Positions 19,968-28,996 of a stretch of 64,000 nt of DNA are shown piece by piece; position 1 is the stretch's first letter; each line of letters opens with the position of its first letter. Both the position numbers and the translations under genes were made by a program. This DNA comes from an uncultured Flavobacteriaceae bacterium (lineage in GTDB: Bacteria; Bacteroidota; Bacteroidia; Flavobacteriales; Flavobacteriaceae): the NCBI GenBank assembly GCA_947500525.1, contig CANMSH010000004.1, forward strand, positions 188,783 to 252,782, read 5' to 3'. A model generated the notes under the pieces. It made no database searches and was not told where the DNA came from. It saw only the letters and a list, made by a program, of their open reading frames with translations.

Positions 19968-21470
19968 CACATTCTCTAAAATCATGATGTCTACGTTTTT
20001 CTCTTCCCATAATTTAGATAAATCTTCGGGTACAGGAGTAAAAACATAAGTAAATGAACTTAATATGATATCTTCATCTCCATCATTATCAACATCTCCT
20101 GCATCCATTAAAAACCATCTTCCTTGATTAGAGTCTTTAAAAGTATATGGAGAAAAGTCAAACGATGCTGCATTTTGATTTTCTAAATACACGAAACAAA
20201 ATTCAGGACGTTCTTCGTAGTTAGGAAACGTCGAAAGCAATCCAAAATCAACGTCACCATCTTGATCGAAATCTCGGGCAATAAGTCTTGTAGCTCCGTT
20301 TAACGGATAAAAATAGGTCTCTTCAAAATTATTAGATCCATCGTTAATATGAATTCTCATCCCATGATATGGTTTGTGCACATAAGATTTGTCTGCATTA
20401 TCTCCGTTCACGGTAATTATATCGTGATCACCATCACCATCATAATCAATTAATTCGAACCAACTTGTTCCAAAGACAGGACTAAAACGTAAGACTTTTT
20501 CAGGAATAAAACCCAAATTATCTTGCTGATATAGAATGGTAATGGTTTCATCTCCTTGTGAAGTTAAGGCAATCAGATCCTTTTTCCCGTCTTTATCCAT
20601 ATCCTTAGCGAGTACTCGGATGGTACCCGGTTGGTTGAGTAAAATTTTCTTTGTATGATTTCCTTCACCGTCAAATGAGAGCAATGACAATCTTCCGTTG
20701 AGGTCGCCAAATTCGCTCACAACAAGTTCGTCGATACCATCGTTGTTTAGGTCAACTACTAAATTGTGCACTGGTCTATGAAATATTTCTTGGATATTTT
20801 GAGTAGAATCGTTTTTCATCATTACTATAGATCCTGATGGGATTTCAGAAGGATCTAACTTTCCTATAACGGTGGTGTAAGAAACTTCCTTTTTCTTAGT
20901 ATAATCTACAACTGCACTACTAAATTGTTTGATCGGTGTATTTTTATCCTGAGTTACATTGTGCGTAGATAAATTACCCCGAATATCTCCAATAAGTAGA
21001 TTGTTATTCTCGTCTTCGAATTTTAAATAGGTAATAAAGGAGCCTTTATTTTCATCTAAAGAAATTGGTTTCGCTTTGAATTGAGTGAGTTTTGAACTTG
21101 TGCTTTTATTAGTATTGGATACTAATGAATCTGGAGCCATTGAAATAATATAATCTTTAAGTGCCTGCCAATCTTTTTGAGTCATAGTTGGTTGCAAAGG
21201 ATAAATGCCACTTTTAAAAATTGCCATTGCCTCTTCGTACGGCACCCCGCTTAGTGGGTTAAATGTAGAATCTTTCATACCCATTCTCGCTCCCATGTCT
21301 GGTAATATTTTTGTTTTCCAAATGTCTTTAGGAAGATGGGCAATTGAAGGGGCAATATGACAACTTGCACACTGTCTATTGTACAATGCAGCTTGTTTTT
21401 TTTCTGATGGTGCCCCGCAAGAAATGAGAAAACAGAAGGTTATTAGGATACTAAATTTTAAGATTTTCAT
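19959..21470 (-). CDS. lipoprotein with N-terminal c-type haem motif and FG-GAP/VCBS-like repeats
   Basis: 503 aa. Lipobox CFLISCGA and CASCH (CxxCH) at aa 34-38. Five Ca-binding-type loops: DLNNDGIDELV, DMDKDGKKDLI, DYDGDGDHDII, DFDQDGDVDFG, DVDNDGDEDII. Confidence 0.7.
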   Translation of the reverse strand: MKILKFSILITFCFLISCGAPSEKKQAALYNRQCASCHIAPSIAHLPKDIWKTKILPDMGARMGMKDSTFNPLSGVPYEEAMAIFKSGIYPLQPTMTQKDWQALKDYIISMAPDSLVSNTNKSTSSKLTQFKAKPISLDENKGSFITYLKFEDENNNLLIGDIRGNLSTHNVTQDKNTPIKQFSSAVVDYTKKKEVSYTTVIGKLDPSEIPSGSIVMMKNDSTQNIQEIFHRPVHNLVVDLNNDGIDELVVSEFGDLNGRLSLLSFDGEGNHTKKILLNQPGTIRVLAKDMDKDGKKDLIALTSQGDETITILYQQDNLGFIPEKVLRFSPVFGTSWFELIDYDGDGDHDIITVNGDNADKSYVHKPYHGMRIHINDGSNNFEETYFYPLNGATRLIARDFDQDGDVDFGLLSTFPNYEERPEFCFVYLENQNAASFDFSPYTFKDSNQGRWFLMDAGDVDNDGDEDIILSSFTYVFTPVPEDLSKLWEEKNVDIMILENVLK

Positions 21471-21512
21471 GTCAGGCTAAATAAGATCACAAGATACAGG
21501 ATTTATTAGTAT

Positions 21513-21550
21513 TTTATAAAAAAAGCCTTTCAAAATATGAAAGGCTTTTT
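21513..21550 (-). terminator. terminator after the COG1579-like gene (structurally bidirectional)
   Basis: AAAAAGCCTTTC-7 nt-GAAAGGCTTTTT, a 12-bp stem. On the minus strand it is followed by TTATAAAAT. Starts 20 nt after the stop at 21570. Confidence 0.7.
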
Positions 21551-21569
21551 AAATTAATTTCGCGTTGAA

Positions 21570-22343
21570 TTATGAGAATAACTTCTCCATTTTCAATCGT
21601 TCTTCTTCTGCCAACTGTGCGTCTACTAATATACGACCACTGTGTTCGTCTGAAGTGATTTTTTTACGATTTGCAATTTCCATTTGCTTTTGCGGAGGAA
21701 TTGTAAAGAATGATCCACCAGAAGCACCTCTCTGAATTGGCACTACCGCTAAACCATTTCGTACTTTAGCACGTATTCTTTTATAAGCATTTAATAAACG
21801 CTCATCTATCAATTCACCGAACTCAACAGACTTTTTGTTAAGTAACTTTTCTTCTTTTTCAGTTTCAGCCATAATCGCATCGAGCTCTTCTTTTTTGATC
21901 TTTAGATGATTGTTTCTTTCTTTGATCTTTTCTTTAGCTGCACTAATAATTTCATTCTTTTGTTCAATTTTAGCCGAAAACTCTTTGATGTGTTTTTCTG
22001 CCAACTGTGTCTCAAGCTCTTGAAACTCTATTTCTTTACTCAATGAATCGAACTCTCTGTTATTTCTAACATTCTTTTGTTGAGTTGTATATTTTTTGAT
22101 AAGCGCACTCGCTTCTTCAATTGTTTGTTTTCTATTCTTAATACTAGTTTCTAAATTTTCAATATCATTATTGAAATTAGCCAGTCTAGTATTTAAGCCT
22201 TCGATTTCATCTTCTAAATCTTCAACTTCTAGAGGTAATTCACCACGAGTGTTTTTAATTTCATCTATTCTAGAATCGATTAATTGTAAATCGTATAAGG
22301 CTCTTAATTTGTCTTCTACGGTAACTTCTTTAGTCTTTGCCAT
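21570..22343 (-). CDS. coiled-coil protein of the COG1579 / C4 zinc-ribbon family (ribbon apparently degenerate)
   Basis: 257 aa, long Glu/Lys-rich coiled coil, C-terminal ..GGSFFTIPPQ...EHSGRILVD. Sits next to a Nif3-family gene, which I recall as the usual partner. Confidence 0.65.
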   Translation of the reverse strand: MAKTKEVTVEDKLRALYDLQLIDSRIDEIKNTRGELPLEVEDLEDEIEGLNTRLANFNNDIENLETSIKNRKQTIEEASALIKKYTTQQKNVRNNREFDSLSKEIEFQELETQLAEKHIKEFSAKIEQKNEIISAAKEKIKERNNHLKIKKEELDAIMAETEKEEKLLNKKSVEFGELIDERLLNAYKRIRAKVRNGLAVVPIQRGASGGSFFTIPPQKQMEIANRKKITSDEHSGRILVDAQLAEEERLKMEKLFS

Positions 22344-22346
22344 CTC

Positions 22347-23441
22347 TTATAGGTAATTGATAGGATTTGTAATGTTTTTTGATAAAATGATTGCAAAATT
22401 ACGGAATTTTTTTGTAAGATAATCAGCTAAAAGGTTTTTTGTGAACTGCTCGCTTTCATAATGACCAATATCAGCTAATACGAACTGATTTTCTGCTTTG
22501 TAAAATTCATGATATTTGAAGTCTGCTGATACATAAACGTCCGCACCAGCATGTTTTGCTGCTTCTATAGCAAAACTTCCAGAACCTCCAAGTACGGCTA
22601 CTTTCTTTATGGGTTTGCCTAAAAGTGTTGAGTGACGAATACATTGTAATTTAAATCGTTCTTTTAAGAGTGTAAAGAACTCTTGTTCGGTTAAGGCATT
22701 CGGCAAATCGCCAATCATTCCCATTCCAATATGTTGATGCACATTGTCTGTTGTAATAATGTCGTATGCAACTTCTTCATAAGGATGAAATTCGTGCAGT
22801 GTTTTGAGCAAGCTTTTTTCTAGATGTTTTTCGAAAATAACACTAATGAGGGTTTCGTTTTCTGTATGCAATTCTCCTCTTTTACCAATGGTAGGGTTTG
22901 AATTATTGTTACCACGATACGTTCCTTGACCTTGCGCATTAAAACTACAATTGCTATAGTTACCTATGCTACCGGCTCCAGCTTTATGCAATGCATTGCG
23001 TACCATTTCGGCATCTTTCTGAGGAGCATAGGTCGTAAGCTTTTTAATAAGGCCTGATTTTGGTAGTAATATGTTGGTATTTGTTAAATTCAGTACTTCA
23101 GCCATTTTCGCAGAAACGCCTTTCATAGAATTGTCTAAGGCTGTATGAATGGCATAAATGGCAATATCATGTTTGATAGCTTTTAAGACAACACGTTCTA
23201 CATATGATGTACCCGTTAATTTCTTTAAGCCAGAAAAAATAATAGGATGAAAACTCACAATTAAATTGCAGTTGTTCTCTATGGCTTCATCTACGACAGT
23301 CTCTAATGTATCTAAGGTAACTAAAACACCCGTTAACTCGGTATTATTTGAAGCAACTAATAAACCAACATTATCAAAATCTTCGGCATATTGTAAAGGA
23401 GCCAATTCCTCAATGGCACTTGTAATATCTCTTACGGTCAT
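22347..23441 (-). CDS. Nif3-like dinuclear metal centre protein (YqfO/YbgI family)
   Basis: 364 aa. N-terminal AEDFDNVGLLV, SFHPIIF, AIYAIHTALDN, C-terminal DIGHYESEQF, with a PII-like insert between the halves. Confidence 0.85.
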   Translation of the reverse strand: MTVRDITSAIEELAPLQYAEDFDNVGLLVASNNTELTGVLVTLDTLETVVDEAIENNCNLIVSFHPIIFSGLKKLTGTSYVERVVLKAIKHDIAIYAIHTALDNSMKGVSAKMAEVLNLTNTNILLPKSGLIKKLTTYAPQKDAEMVRNALHKAGAGSIGNYSNCSFNAQGQGTYRGNNNSNPTIGKRGELHTENETLISVIFEKHLEKSLLKTLHEFHPYEEVAYDIITTDNVHQHIGMGMIGDLPNALTEQEFFTLLKERFKLQCIRHSTLLGKPIKKVAVLGGSGSFAIEAAKHAGADVYVSADFKYHEFYKAENQFVLADIGHYESEQFTKNLLADYLTKKFRNFAIILSKNITNPINYL

Positions 23442-23526
23442 AAACCTAGTTTTTAGTTTGGGTTTAAAGGTACACGATTTTGCTGAAATTTTTTCGTATC
23501 TTTTTTTTCTAAAAAAGGAATAATTT

Positions 23527-23979
23527 ATGACAGATAGATTAGAGCAAGCTTTGATAAAGTTGTATAATGCTTTTCATAATGATGAGTTAAATCCAGAATG
23601 TTGTTCTGCCTGTGCTGTAGGAAATATATTGGATAATGATGAGAGTTGGAAAGATTTCTCTATCGCTCATGGCTCCTTAAAACTGACTTATATAGGAAGT
23701 GTTCACCAAAAATCAGGAAAGACTTTTAATGGTTACTCACCACTCGAAATTTTGCAAATAGAAAAAGTGTTTTTGGAAGCATGTGGTTTTAAACTTCCAT
23801 TGTGCCATTATAATCCAAAACCTAAAAATGTGAAGAGTAAAGAAACACTCTTTAATGGTTTGTCAGCGGTGGTTTCGTTTTTATGCGAATTGGATGGTAT
23901 ATCTAATGTGATGGATTATTGGAAAATATTCGAATACGAAAAAGAAAATCCCGTATATAAATTTGAAGTAGTTTATTAA
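23527..23979 (+). CDS. conserved hypothetical Cys-containing protein
   Basis: 150 aa. N-terminal LYNAFHNDELNPECCSACAVGNILDN. I recall this N-terminus from Flavobacteriia proteins of unknown function. No function is assignable. Confidence 0.55.
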   Translation: MTDRLEQALIKLYNAFHNDELNPECCSACAVGNILDNDESWKDFSIAHGSLKLTYIGSVHQKSGKTFNGYSPLEILQIEKVFLEACGFKLPLCHYNPKPKNVKSKETLFNGLSAVVSFLCELDGISNVMDYWKIFEYEKENPVYKFEVVY

Positions 23980-23995
23980 TTAGGTATCTCAAAAA

Positions 23996-24121
23996 ATGAA
24001 TGGAATTGACATCGTTCTAGTTATTGCAATTATCCTTTTTGCAAGATTAGGAGTGCGTTTGGTGATGGGTTATATTAAAATGAAGAAAGAAAGTGATGAC
24101 CCATTTGCTGAAAAAGATTAA
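23996..24121 (+). CDS. possible 41-aa single-TM micro-protein
   Basis: ATG 23996 to TAA 24119-24121: MNGIDIVLVIAIILFARLGVRLVMGYIKMKKESDDPFAEKD. One hydrophobic helix then a charged tail. Not in the ORF track (too short). Its 3' end overlaps the convergent gene by 4 nt. Confidence 0.3.
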   Translation: MNGIDIVLVIAIILFARLGVRLVMGYIKMKKESDDPFAEKD

Positions 24122-24495
24122 AGATTCTCATAAAAGGTCAAGCCATTTTGATATAAGTCGTAAAAGGCAAATTCTCTTGTTCCCCACGATGTTTTTTTTA
24201 AGGAAGTATTTTTGTGGAAGACCTTTTTTGTCTCATATTCATCATGTAAATTCTTAATATGTTTTGTTACAAAACGTAGCATAGGTCTTTCAACCGTTTC
24301 CCATTCTTTTTCATCATGCCATTGTAAGTGAATTTCAACATTGTCACGCCTCACACCAGCATAAAATGGTTTTGTAGGATCATCGGCGAAAGCAATTTCA
24401 AAACCTAATTTTTTTACATAAAATTCTAAGGCTTTAACTACATCTTTAACTGGAAGAACAGGATGTACTTCTTTAAGATACCCTTTCATAAACAA
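24118..24495 (-). CDS. VOC (glyoxalase/bleomycin-resistance) family protein
   Basis: 125 aa. The paired beta-alpha-beta-beta-beta pattern (VLPVKDVVKALEFYVKKLGFEI ... EIHLQ ... REFAFYDLYQNGLTF) is typical of glyoxalase-fold proteins. Confidence 0.65.
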   Translation of the reverse strand: MFMKGYLKEVHPVLPVKDVVKALEFYVKKLGFEIAFADDPTKPFYAGVRRDNVEIHLQWHDEKEWETVERPMLRFVTKHIKNLHDEYETKKVFHKNTSLKKTSWGTREFAFYDLYQNGLTFYENL

Positions 24496-24501
24496 CGGTT
24501 T

Positions 24502-24912
24502 TTAGTTTCTATCTTTTAGTCGATATACAAATTTGAGACCGCTCCAATCATCGTCAACGGCACATACTTTTACATCAACAAGACCAATTCTTAGAACATA
24601 GTCGCGAATTGGATCTCTTTTAAGGTCTGTATGAATACTTGAACTTTGTTTAGGCCAACTCACCCAAATCAAACCACTTTTTTTTAACAGATGCATCAAA
24701 GTGGGCATGGTATCCATTAATTCGTCAAAACTTTTACAAAAGAAATGTATAAAATCTATCGAATTTTTAGAAGCCGTTGTAACGAAAGTCACATTTTCTG
24801 GGAAGTCAGAAAAAAGACTCAAATAGTGTGTCGGCTCATGTATTAGTTTTACGGTGAAACCTTCTTTAATACCTAATTTTTTCGCTAATGGAGTTTGAGA
24901 ATAACCAGCCAT
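24502..24912 (-). CDS. DUF3052-like protein
   Basis: Start at Met31 of the ORF (24912): MAGYSQTPLAKKLGIKEG... LIWVSWPKQSS... GLVDVKVCAVDDDWSGLKF, which matches my memory of DUF3052. Confidence 0.55.
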   Translation of the reverse strand: MAGYSQTPLAKKLGIKEGFTVKLIHEPTHYLSLFSDFPENVTFVTTASKNSIDFIHFFCKSFDELMDTMPTLMHLLKKSGLIWVSWPKQSSSIHTDLKRDPIRDYVLRIGLVDVKVCAVDDDWSGLKFVYRLKDRN

Positions 24913-25007
24913 GATACTTCGTATATAGCTAAAATTATAAATTATTTTAACGCACTGGTCTTTAAAACGGAAATTATTTGAAAAAGGTCTTCGACTTTCC
25001 AATTATA

Positions 25008-25787
25008 TTATTTGAAAAAGATCTTCGACTTTTCCCAATAGACATCCATTTCAGAGAGGGTCATGTCAGCCAAAGATTTATGCTCTTTTTTAGCAGCTTC
25101 TTCTAGGAACTGAAAACGTTTTACGAACTTTTTATTCGTACGTTCTAATGCACTTTCAGGGTCTACATTGATAAAACGGGCATAATTAATTAATGAGAAT
25201 AAGACATCACCGAACTCATTTTCTATATTTTTTTGTGTACCCTTTTCAATTTCTGAAGAGAGTTCTGATAGCTCTTCCTTTACTTTATCAAAAACCTGAT
25301 GCGGTTCTTCCCAATCGAAACCCACACCTGCCACTTTATCTTGAATCCTATTGGCCTTAACCATAGCAGGTAAGCTTTTAGGAACACCTTCTAGTACACT
25401 TTTTTTGCCTTCTTTTAATTTTAAATTTTCCCAATTCTGCTTAACTTCATCTTCATTTTTCACATCTAAATCACCATAAACATGGGGATGTCTATCAATT
25501 AATTTTTGAGAAATACTATTGGCTACGTCGGCAATGTCGAAATCACCAGTTTCAGATCCTATTTTTGCATAAAAGACGATATGTAGTAAGAGATCACCTA
25601 ATTCTTTTTTAATCTCGGGTAAGTCATTATCTAAGATTGCATCTCCTAGTTCGTAGGTCTCTTCAATTGTTAAGTGACGTAAAGATTGTAGTGTTTGTTT
25701 TTTATCCCAAGGACATTTTTCACGCAACTCATCCATAATATCCAATAGACGATTGAATGCTTGTAAATGTTCCTCTCTAGAATTCAT
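25008..25787 (-). CDS. mazG: nucleoside triphosphate pyrophosphohydrolase MazG
   Basis: 259 aa. Tandem MazG domains with EETYELGDAI and ELGDLLLHIVFYA, second copy EELSELSSEI and EFGDVLFSLINYA. Confidence 0.9.
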   Translation of the reverse strand: MNSREEHLQAFNRLLDIMDELREKCPWDKKQTLQSLRHLTIEETYELGDAILDNDLPEIKKELGDLLLHIVFYAKIGSETGDFDIADVANSISQKLIDRHPHVYGDLDVKNEDEVKQNWENLKLKEGKKSVLEGVPKSLPAMVKANRIQDKVAGVGFDWEEPHQVFDKVKEELSELSSEIEKGTQKNIENEFGDVLFSLINYARFINVDPESALERTNKKFVKRFQFLEEAAKKEHKSLADMTLSEMDVYWEKSKIFFK

Positions 25788-25789
25788 AA

Positions 25790-26218
25790 TTATACGCCCT
25801 CTTGATTTTCTTCTTCTTCAGTTTCATCTTGGATAGATGAAAAATCAAATTTAGCCTTTGATAAAATATTATACCATTGAACCACTTTTTTTACATTTGA
25901 AGCATAAACACGTTCTTCATCAAAATCTGGTAATATTTCACTAAAAAAAGAAAGTAACTTTTCGTTGCTTTCTTTGTGACTGATAGCCTCTTTATTATCA
26001 TGTTTGTCGGCAATTGTTTTAATAACATTGCGCAATGGTACTTCTTCTTCGTATGTATATATGGCAATGTCATTCAATACGCTAACATTATGCATCGCAT
26101 TAATAGGTAGCTTTTTTTTGTCGATTAATGATGAAACAATTAAACCTCCTTTAGATTGTGATATGATTTCGAATAAACCTGGTTTACCCGATACTGCTAC
26201 AATTTTTTCTAAACCCAT
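25790..26218 (-). CDS. DUF5606-like protein
   Basis: 142 aa. IVAVSGKPGLFEI N-terminus and acidic tail. Position next to def matches what I recall for Bacteroidota. Confidence 0.55.
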   Translation of the reverse strand: MGLEKIVAVSGKPGLFEIISQSKGGLIVSSLIDKKKLPINAMHNVSVLNDIAIYTYEEEVPLRNVIKTIADKHDNKEAISHKESNEKLLSFFSEILPDFDEERVYASNVKKVVQWYNILSKAKFDFSSIQDETEEEENQEGV

Positions 26219-26226
26219 GTATTCTT

Positions 26227-26805
26227 TTATTTTTTTGGAAACTTCATGCGATATTCGACATCGACTTTTCCTTTAGATATTTTTTCAAGTTTCTTTTTTA
26301 GTAATCTTTTCTTTAATGAAGACAATTTATCAGTAAATAAAATTCCTTCAATATGATCATATTCATGTTGTATGACTCTGGCAGCTAAGCCGCTTACCGT
26401 TTCTGTATGTTTCTTGAAGTTTTCATCCTGGTATTCGATGGTCACGGTACCTTCACGTGATACGTCTTCATTAATATTGGGGATACTTAAACACCCTTCA
26501 CCAAAAGACCATTTTTCCCCTTCTTCTTTCAGAATTTTGGCATTGATAAAGATTTTCTTATAATTTTTTAAAAAATCACGTTCTTTTTCATCGAGTTCAT
26601 CATCTTCAGCGAAAGGAGTAGTATCTACCAAAAATAGACGAATTGCCTTGCCAATTTGAGGGGCAGCTAAACCAACACCTCTAGCGTTTTTCATAGTGTC
26701 TTTCATATTAGAAATAAGCTTTTCCAAATCTGGATAATCTTTATCTATTGCTACACCTACTTTTCTTAAAACAGGGTCTCCATATGCTATGATTGGTAAT
26801 ACCAT
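26227..26805 (-). CDS. def: peptide deformylase
   Basis: 192 aa. The three PDF motifs GVGLAAPQIG, EGCLSIP and QHEYDHIEG. Confidence 0.95.
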   Translation of the reverse strand: MVLPIIAYGDPVLRKVGVAIDKDYPDLEKLISNMKDTMKNARGVGLAAPQIGKAIRLFLVDTTPFAEDDELDEKERDFLKNYKKIFINAKILKEEGEKWSFGEGCLSIPNINEDVSREGTVTIEYQDENFKKHTETVSGLAARVIQHEYDHIEGILFTDKLSSLKKRLLKKKLEKISKGKVDVEYRMKFPKK

Positions 26806-26814
26806 TTTTCTAAA

Positions 26815-27231
26815 TTATTTTTTCAGTCCGTAAAGATACGATTGTAATATAATAGTGGCACTAATTTCATCGATTAATGCTTTATTTTGACGTTGTTTTT
26901 TTGTGAGACCACTGTCAATCATGGTTTGAAAGGCCATTTTAGATGTAAAGCGTTCATCAACACGCTTTACAGGGATTTCAGGGAACACTTCGTTAATTTT
27001 TTTAATAAAGGGTAGTATGAGTACTTCGCTCTCTGAGGGCGAATTATCCATTTGCTTTGGTTCACCAACTAAAAAGAGTTCTACCTTTTCTTTTTGCAAA
27101 AAATCTCGCATAAAATCAAAGAATGATGCAGTATCGACGGTGGTTAATCCAGATGCGATTAACTGTAATTCATCAGTTATCGCGATACCAGTTCTTTTTT
27201 TACCAAAATCTATGGCTAATATACGCCCCAT
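26815..27231 (-). CDS. ruvX: Holliday junction resolvase-like RuvX (YqgF)
   Basis: Start at Met6 (27231): MGRILAIDFGKKRTGIA..., ERFTS, LIDEISATIILQSYL. Typical YqgF. Confidence 0.85.
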   Translation of the reverse strand: MGRILAIDFGKKRTGIAITDELQLIASGLTTVDTASFFDFMRDFLQKEKVELFLVGEPKQMDNSPSESEVLILPFIKKINEVFPEIPVKRVDERFTSKMAFQTMIDSGLTKKQRQNKALIDEISATIILQSYLYGLKK

Positions 27232-27329
27232 GTTGAAAATTTGCACAAAAATAACTTTTATGTTATAACTATTGAAATATTATGTCTTTATTAATTGAAG
27301 CGATTATATTTGCCGAAAATAATTTACTC

Positions 27330-28145
27330 ATGACAGAATTACAGAATACTATAGAAAATGCTTGGGATAATAGAGACTTATTATCAGAAGATACTACAAT
27401 AAATGCGATTAGAAAAGTAGTCGATTTACTTGATGTTGGAGAATTGCGAGTTGCTGAACCTACAAATGATGGTTGGCAAGTTAATGAGTGGGTTAAAAAA
27501 GCTGTGGTATTGTATTTTCCTATTCAAAAAATGGAGGTTTTGGAAGCTGGTATTTTCGAATATCATGATAAAATACCATTAAAAAGAGGGTATCAGTCAA
27601 AAGGAATTCGTGTCGTTCCTAATGCAGTAGCGAGACATGGAGCATACATTTCCGGAGGAACGATATTGATGCCAAGTTATGTAAATATTGGTGCTTATGT
27701 TGATGAAGGCACTATGGTTGATACGTGGGCAACAGTTGGAAGTTGTGCACAAATAGGTAAAAATGTACATTTAAGTGGTGGAGTAGGTATTGGTGGTGTT
27801 TTAGAGCCTTTACAGGCGGCTCCAGTGATTATTGAGGATGGTGCTTTTATCGGTTCAAGATGTATTGTTGTAGAAGGAGTTCGTGTAGAGAAAGAAGCCG
27901 TTTTAGGCGCAAATGTAGTACTAACAATGAGTACGAAAATTATCGATGTTACTGGTGACGAACCAATAGAAATGAAGGGTAGGGTTCCGGCTAGATCTGT
28001 TGTAATACCTGGAAGCTATACCAAGAAGTTCGCGGCGGGAGAATATCAGGTTCCATGTGCGTTAATTATTGGCAAACGAAAAGAGAGCACTAATAAAAAG
28101 ACATCATTAAACGATGCTTTACGTGAATATGATGTAGCAGTATAG
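27330..28145 (+). CDS. dapD: 2,3,4,5-tetrahydropyridine-2,6-dicarboxylate N-succinyltransferase
   Basis: Start at ATG 27330 (271 aa). Left-handed beta-helix hexapeptide repeats (GAYVDEGTMVDTWATVGSCAQIGKNVHLSGGVGIGG..). Confidence 0.9.
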   Translation: MTELQNTIENAWDNRDLLSEDTTINAIRKVVDLLDVGELRVAEPTNDGWQVNEWVKKAVVLYFPIQKMEVLEAGIFEYHDKIPLKRGYQSKGIRVVPNAVARHGAYISGGTILMPSYVNIGAYVDEGTMVDTWATVGSCAQIGKNVHLSGGVGIGGVLEPLQAAPVIIEDGAFIGSRCIVVEGVRVEKEAVLGANVVLTMSTKIIDVTGDEPIEMKGRVPARSVVIPGSYTKKFAAGEYQVPCALIIGKRKESTNKKTSLNDALREYDVAV

Positions 28146-28146
28146 T

Positions 28147-28914
28147 CTATTTAAGATCGTATTTTCTATTAAGTAGTATACTTTTTAAGCGTTTTTCGTT
28201 GTCAAATTTTTTATGAAATTGTTGATTGTAAAACCACATTTTCTCAAAAACCTCAGTTTCATTTTTGTGTATTAAAGGCGCATAACAGGAAGCAATTTTT
28301 TCGATTAAGGTTTTCTTTCTCGTTAAACGCGCAAAATTTTTCAAACGCTGCTCATAATCTAATACCCTAAATTTCATTCGGTTGAGATCAACTAAATAGA
28401 ATTCGTACTGGTTTTGTTTTTTTACAATTAGGGTGTTTCCTGGAGAATGATCTAAAAATTCAACACCTTTTTCATGCAGATCAAAGGTAAATTTGGTGAA
28501 CCCCTCCACAATTTTTTGATGATCAGGATAATCGGGTTCATCAATAAGTGTTCTAAAGGTGATATCATATGGTATGAATTCACTTATATAATAGCTCTTT
28601 TGGAGTCCTATGAAATTAAAATTCTCAATGTAGGCAACAGATGGAGGTGTTTTAATACCTAGTTGAAGTAACTTACTTGCGTATTCGAAAGATCGCTTTG
28701 CTTTTGATTTTCGAATGTATCTATAGACAAATTGGTTAAAAATTAAAGGTTTCTTAAATGATTTAATTACAAATGTAGTCCCTTTAATATCAACCTTTTT
28801 TATAGAATTGCGTTTGCCAGTATCGAAAGAATTATCATACGTATCAAAATCAGAAATAATAGTTAAAATATCATCCTTAAATGAAGTGTATTTTTTACTC
28901 AGGTAAATTCCCAT
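28147..28914 (-). CDS. lipopolysaccharide kinase (Kdo/WaaP) family protein
   Basis: 255 aa. Kinase-like catalytic loop FLDHSPGNTLI and LVDLNRM. Confidence 0.6.
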   Translation of the reverse strand: MGIYLSKKYTSFKDDILTIISDFDTYDNSFDTGKRNSIKKVDIKGTTFVIKSFKKPLIFNQFVYRYIRKSKAKRSFEYASKLLQLGIKTPPSVAYIENFNFIGLQKSYYISEFIPYDITFRTLIDEPDYPDHQKIVEGFTKFTFDLHEKGVEFLDHSPGNTLIVKKQNQYEFYLVDLNRMKFRVLDYEQRLKNFARLTRKKTLIEKIASCYAPLIHKNETEVFEKMWFYNQQFHKKFDNEKRLKSILLNRKYDLK

Positions 28915-28996
28915 GCGGCAAAAATAGCATTTATAAAGAATTTATTATGTAGAATGGTAAAACAAATACTAAATTTACCCAGAGAAAAAAGATGCC

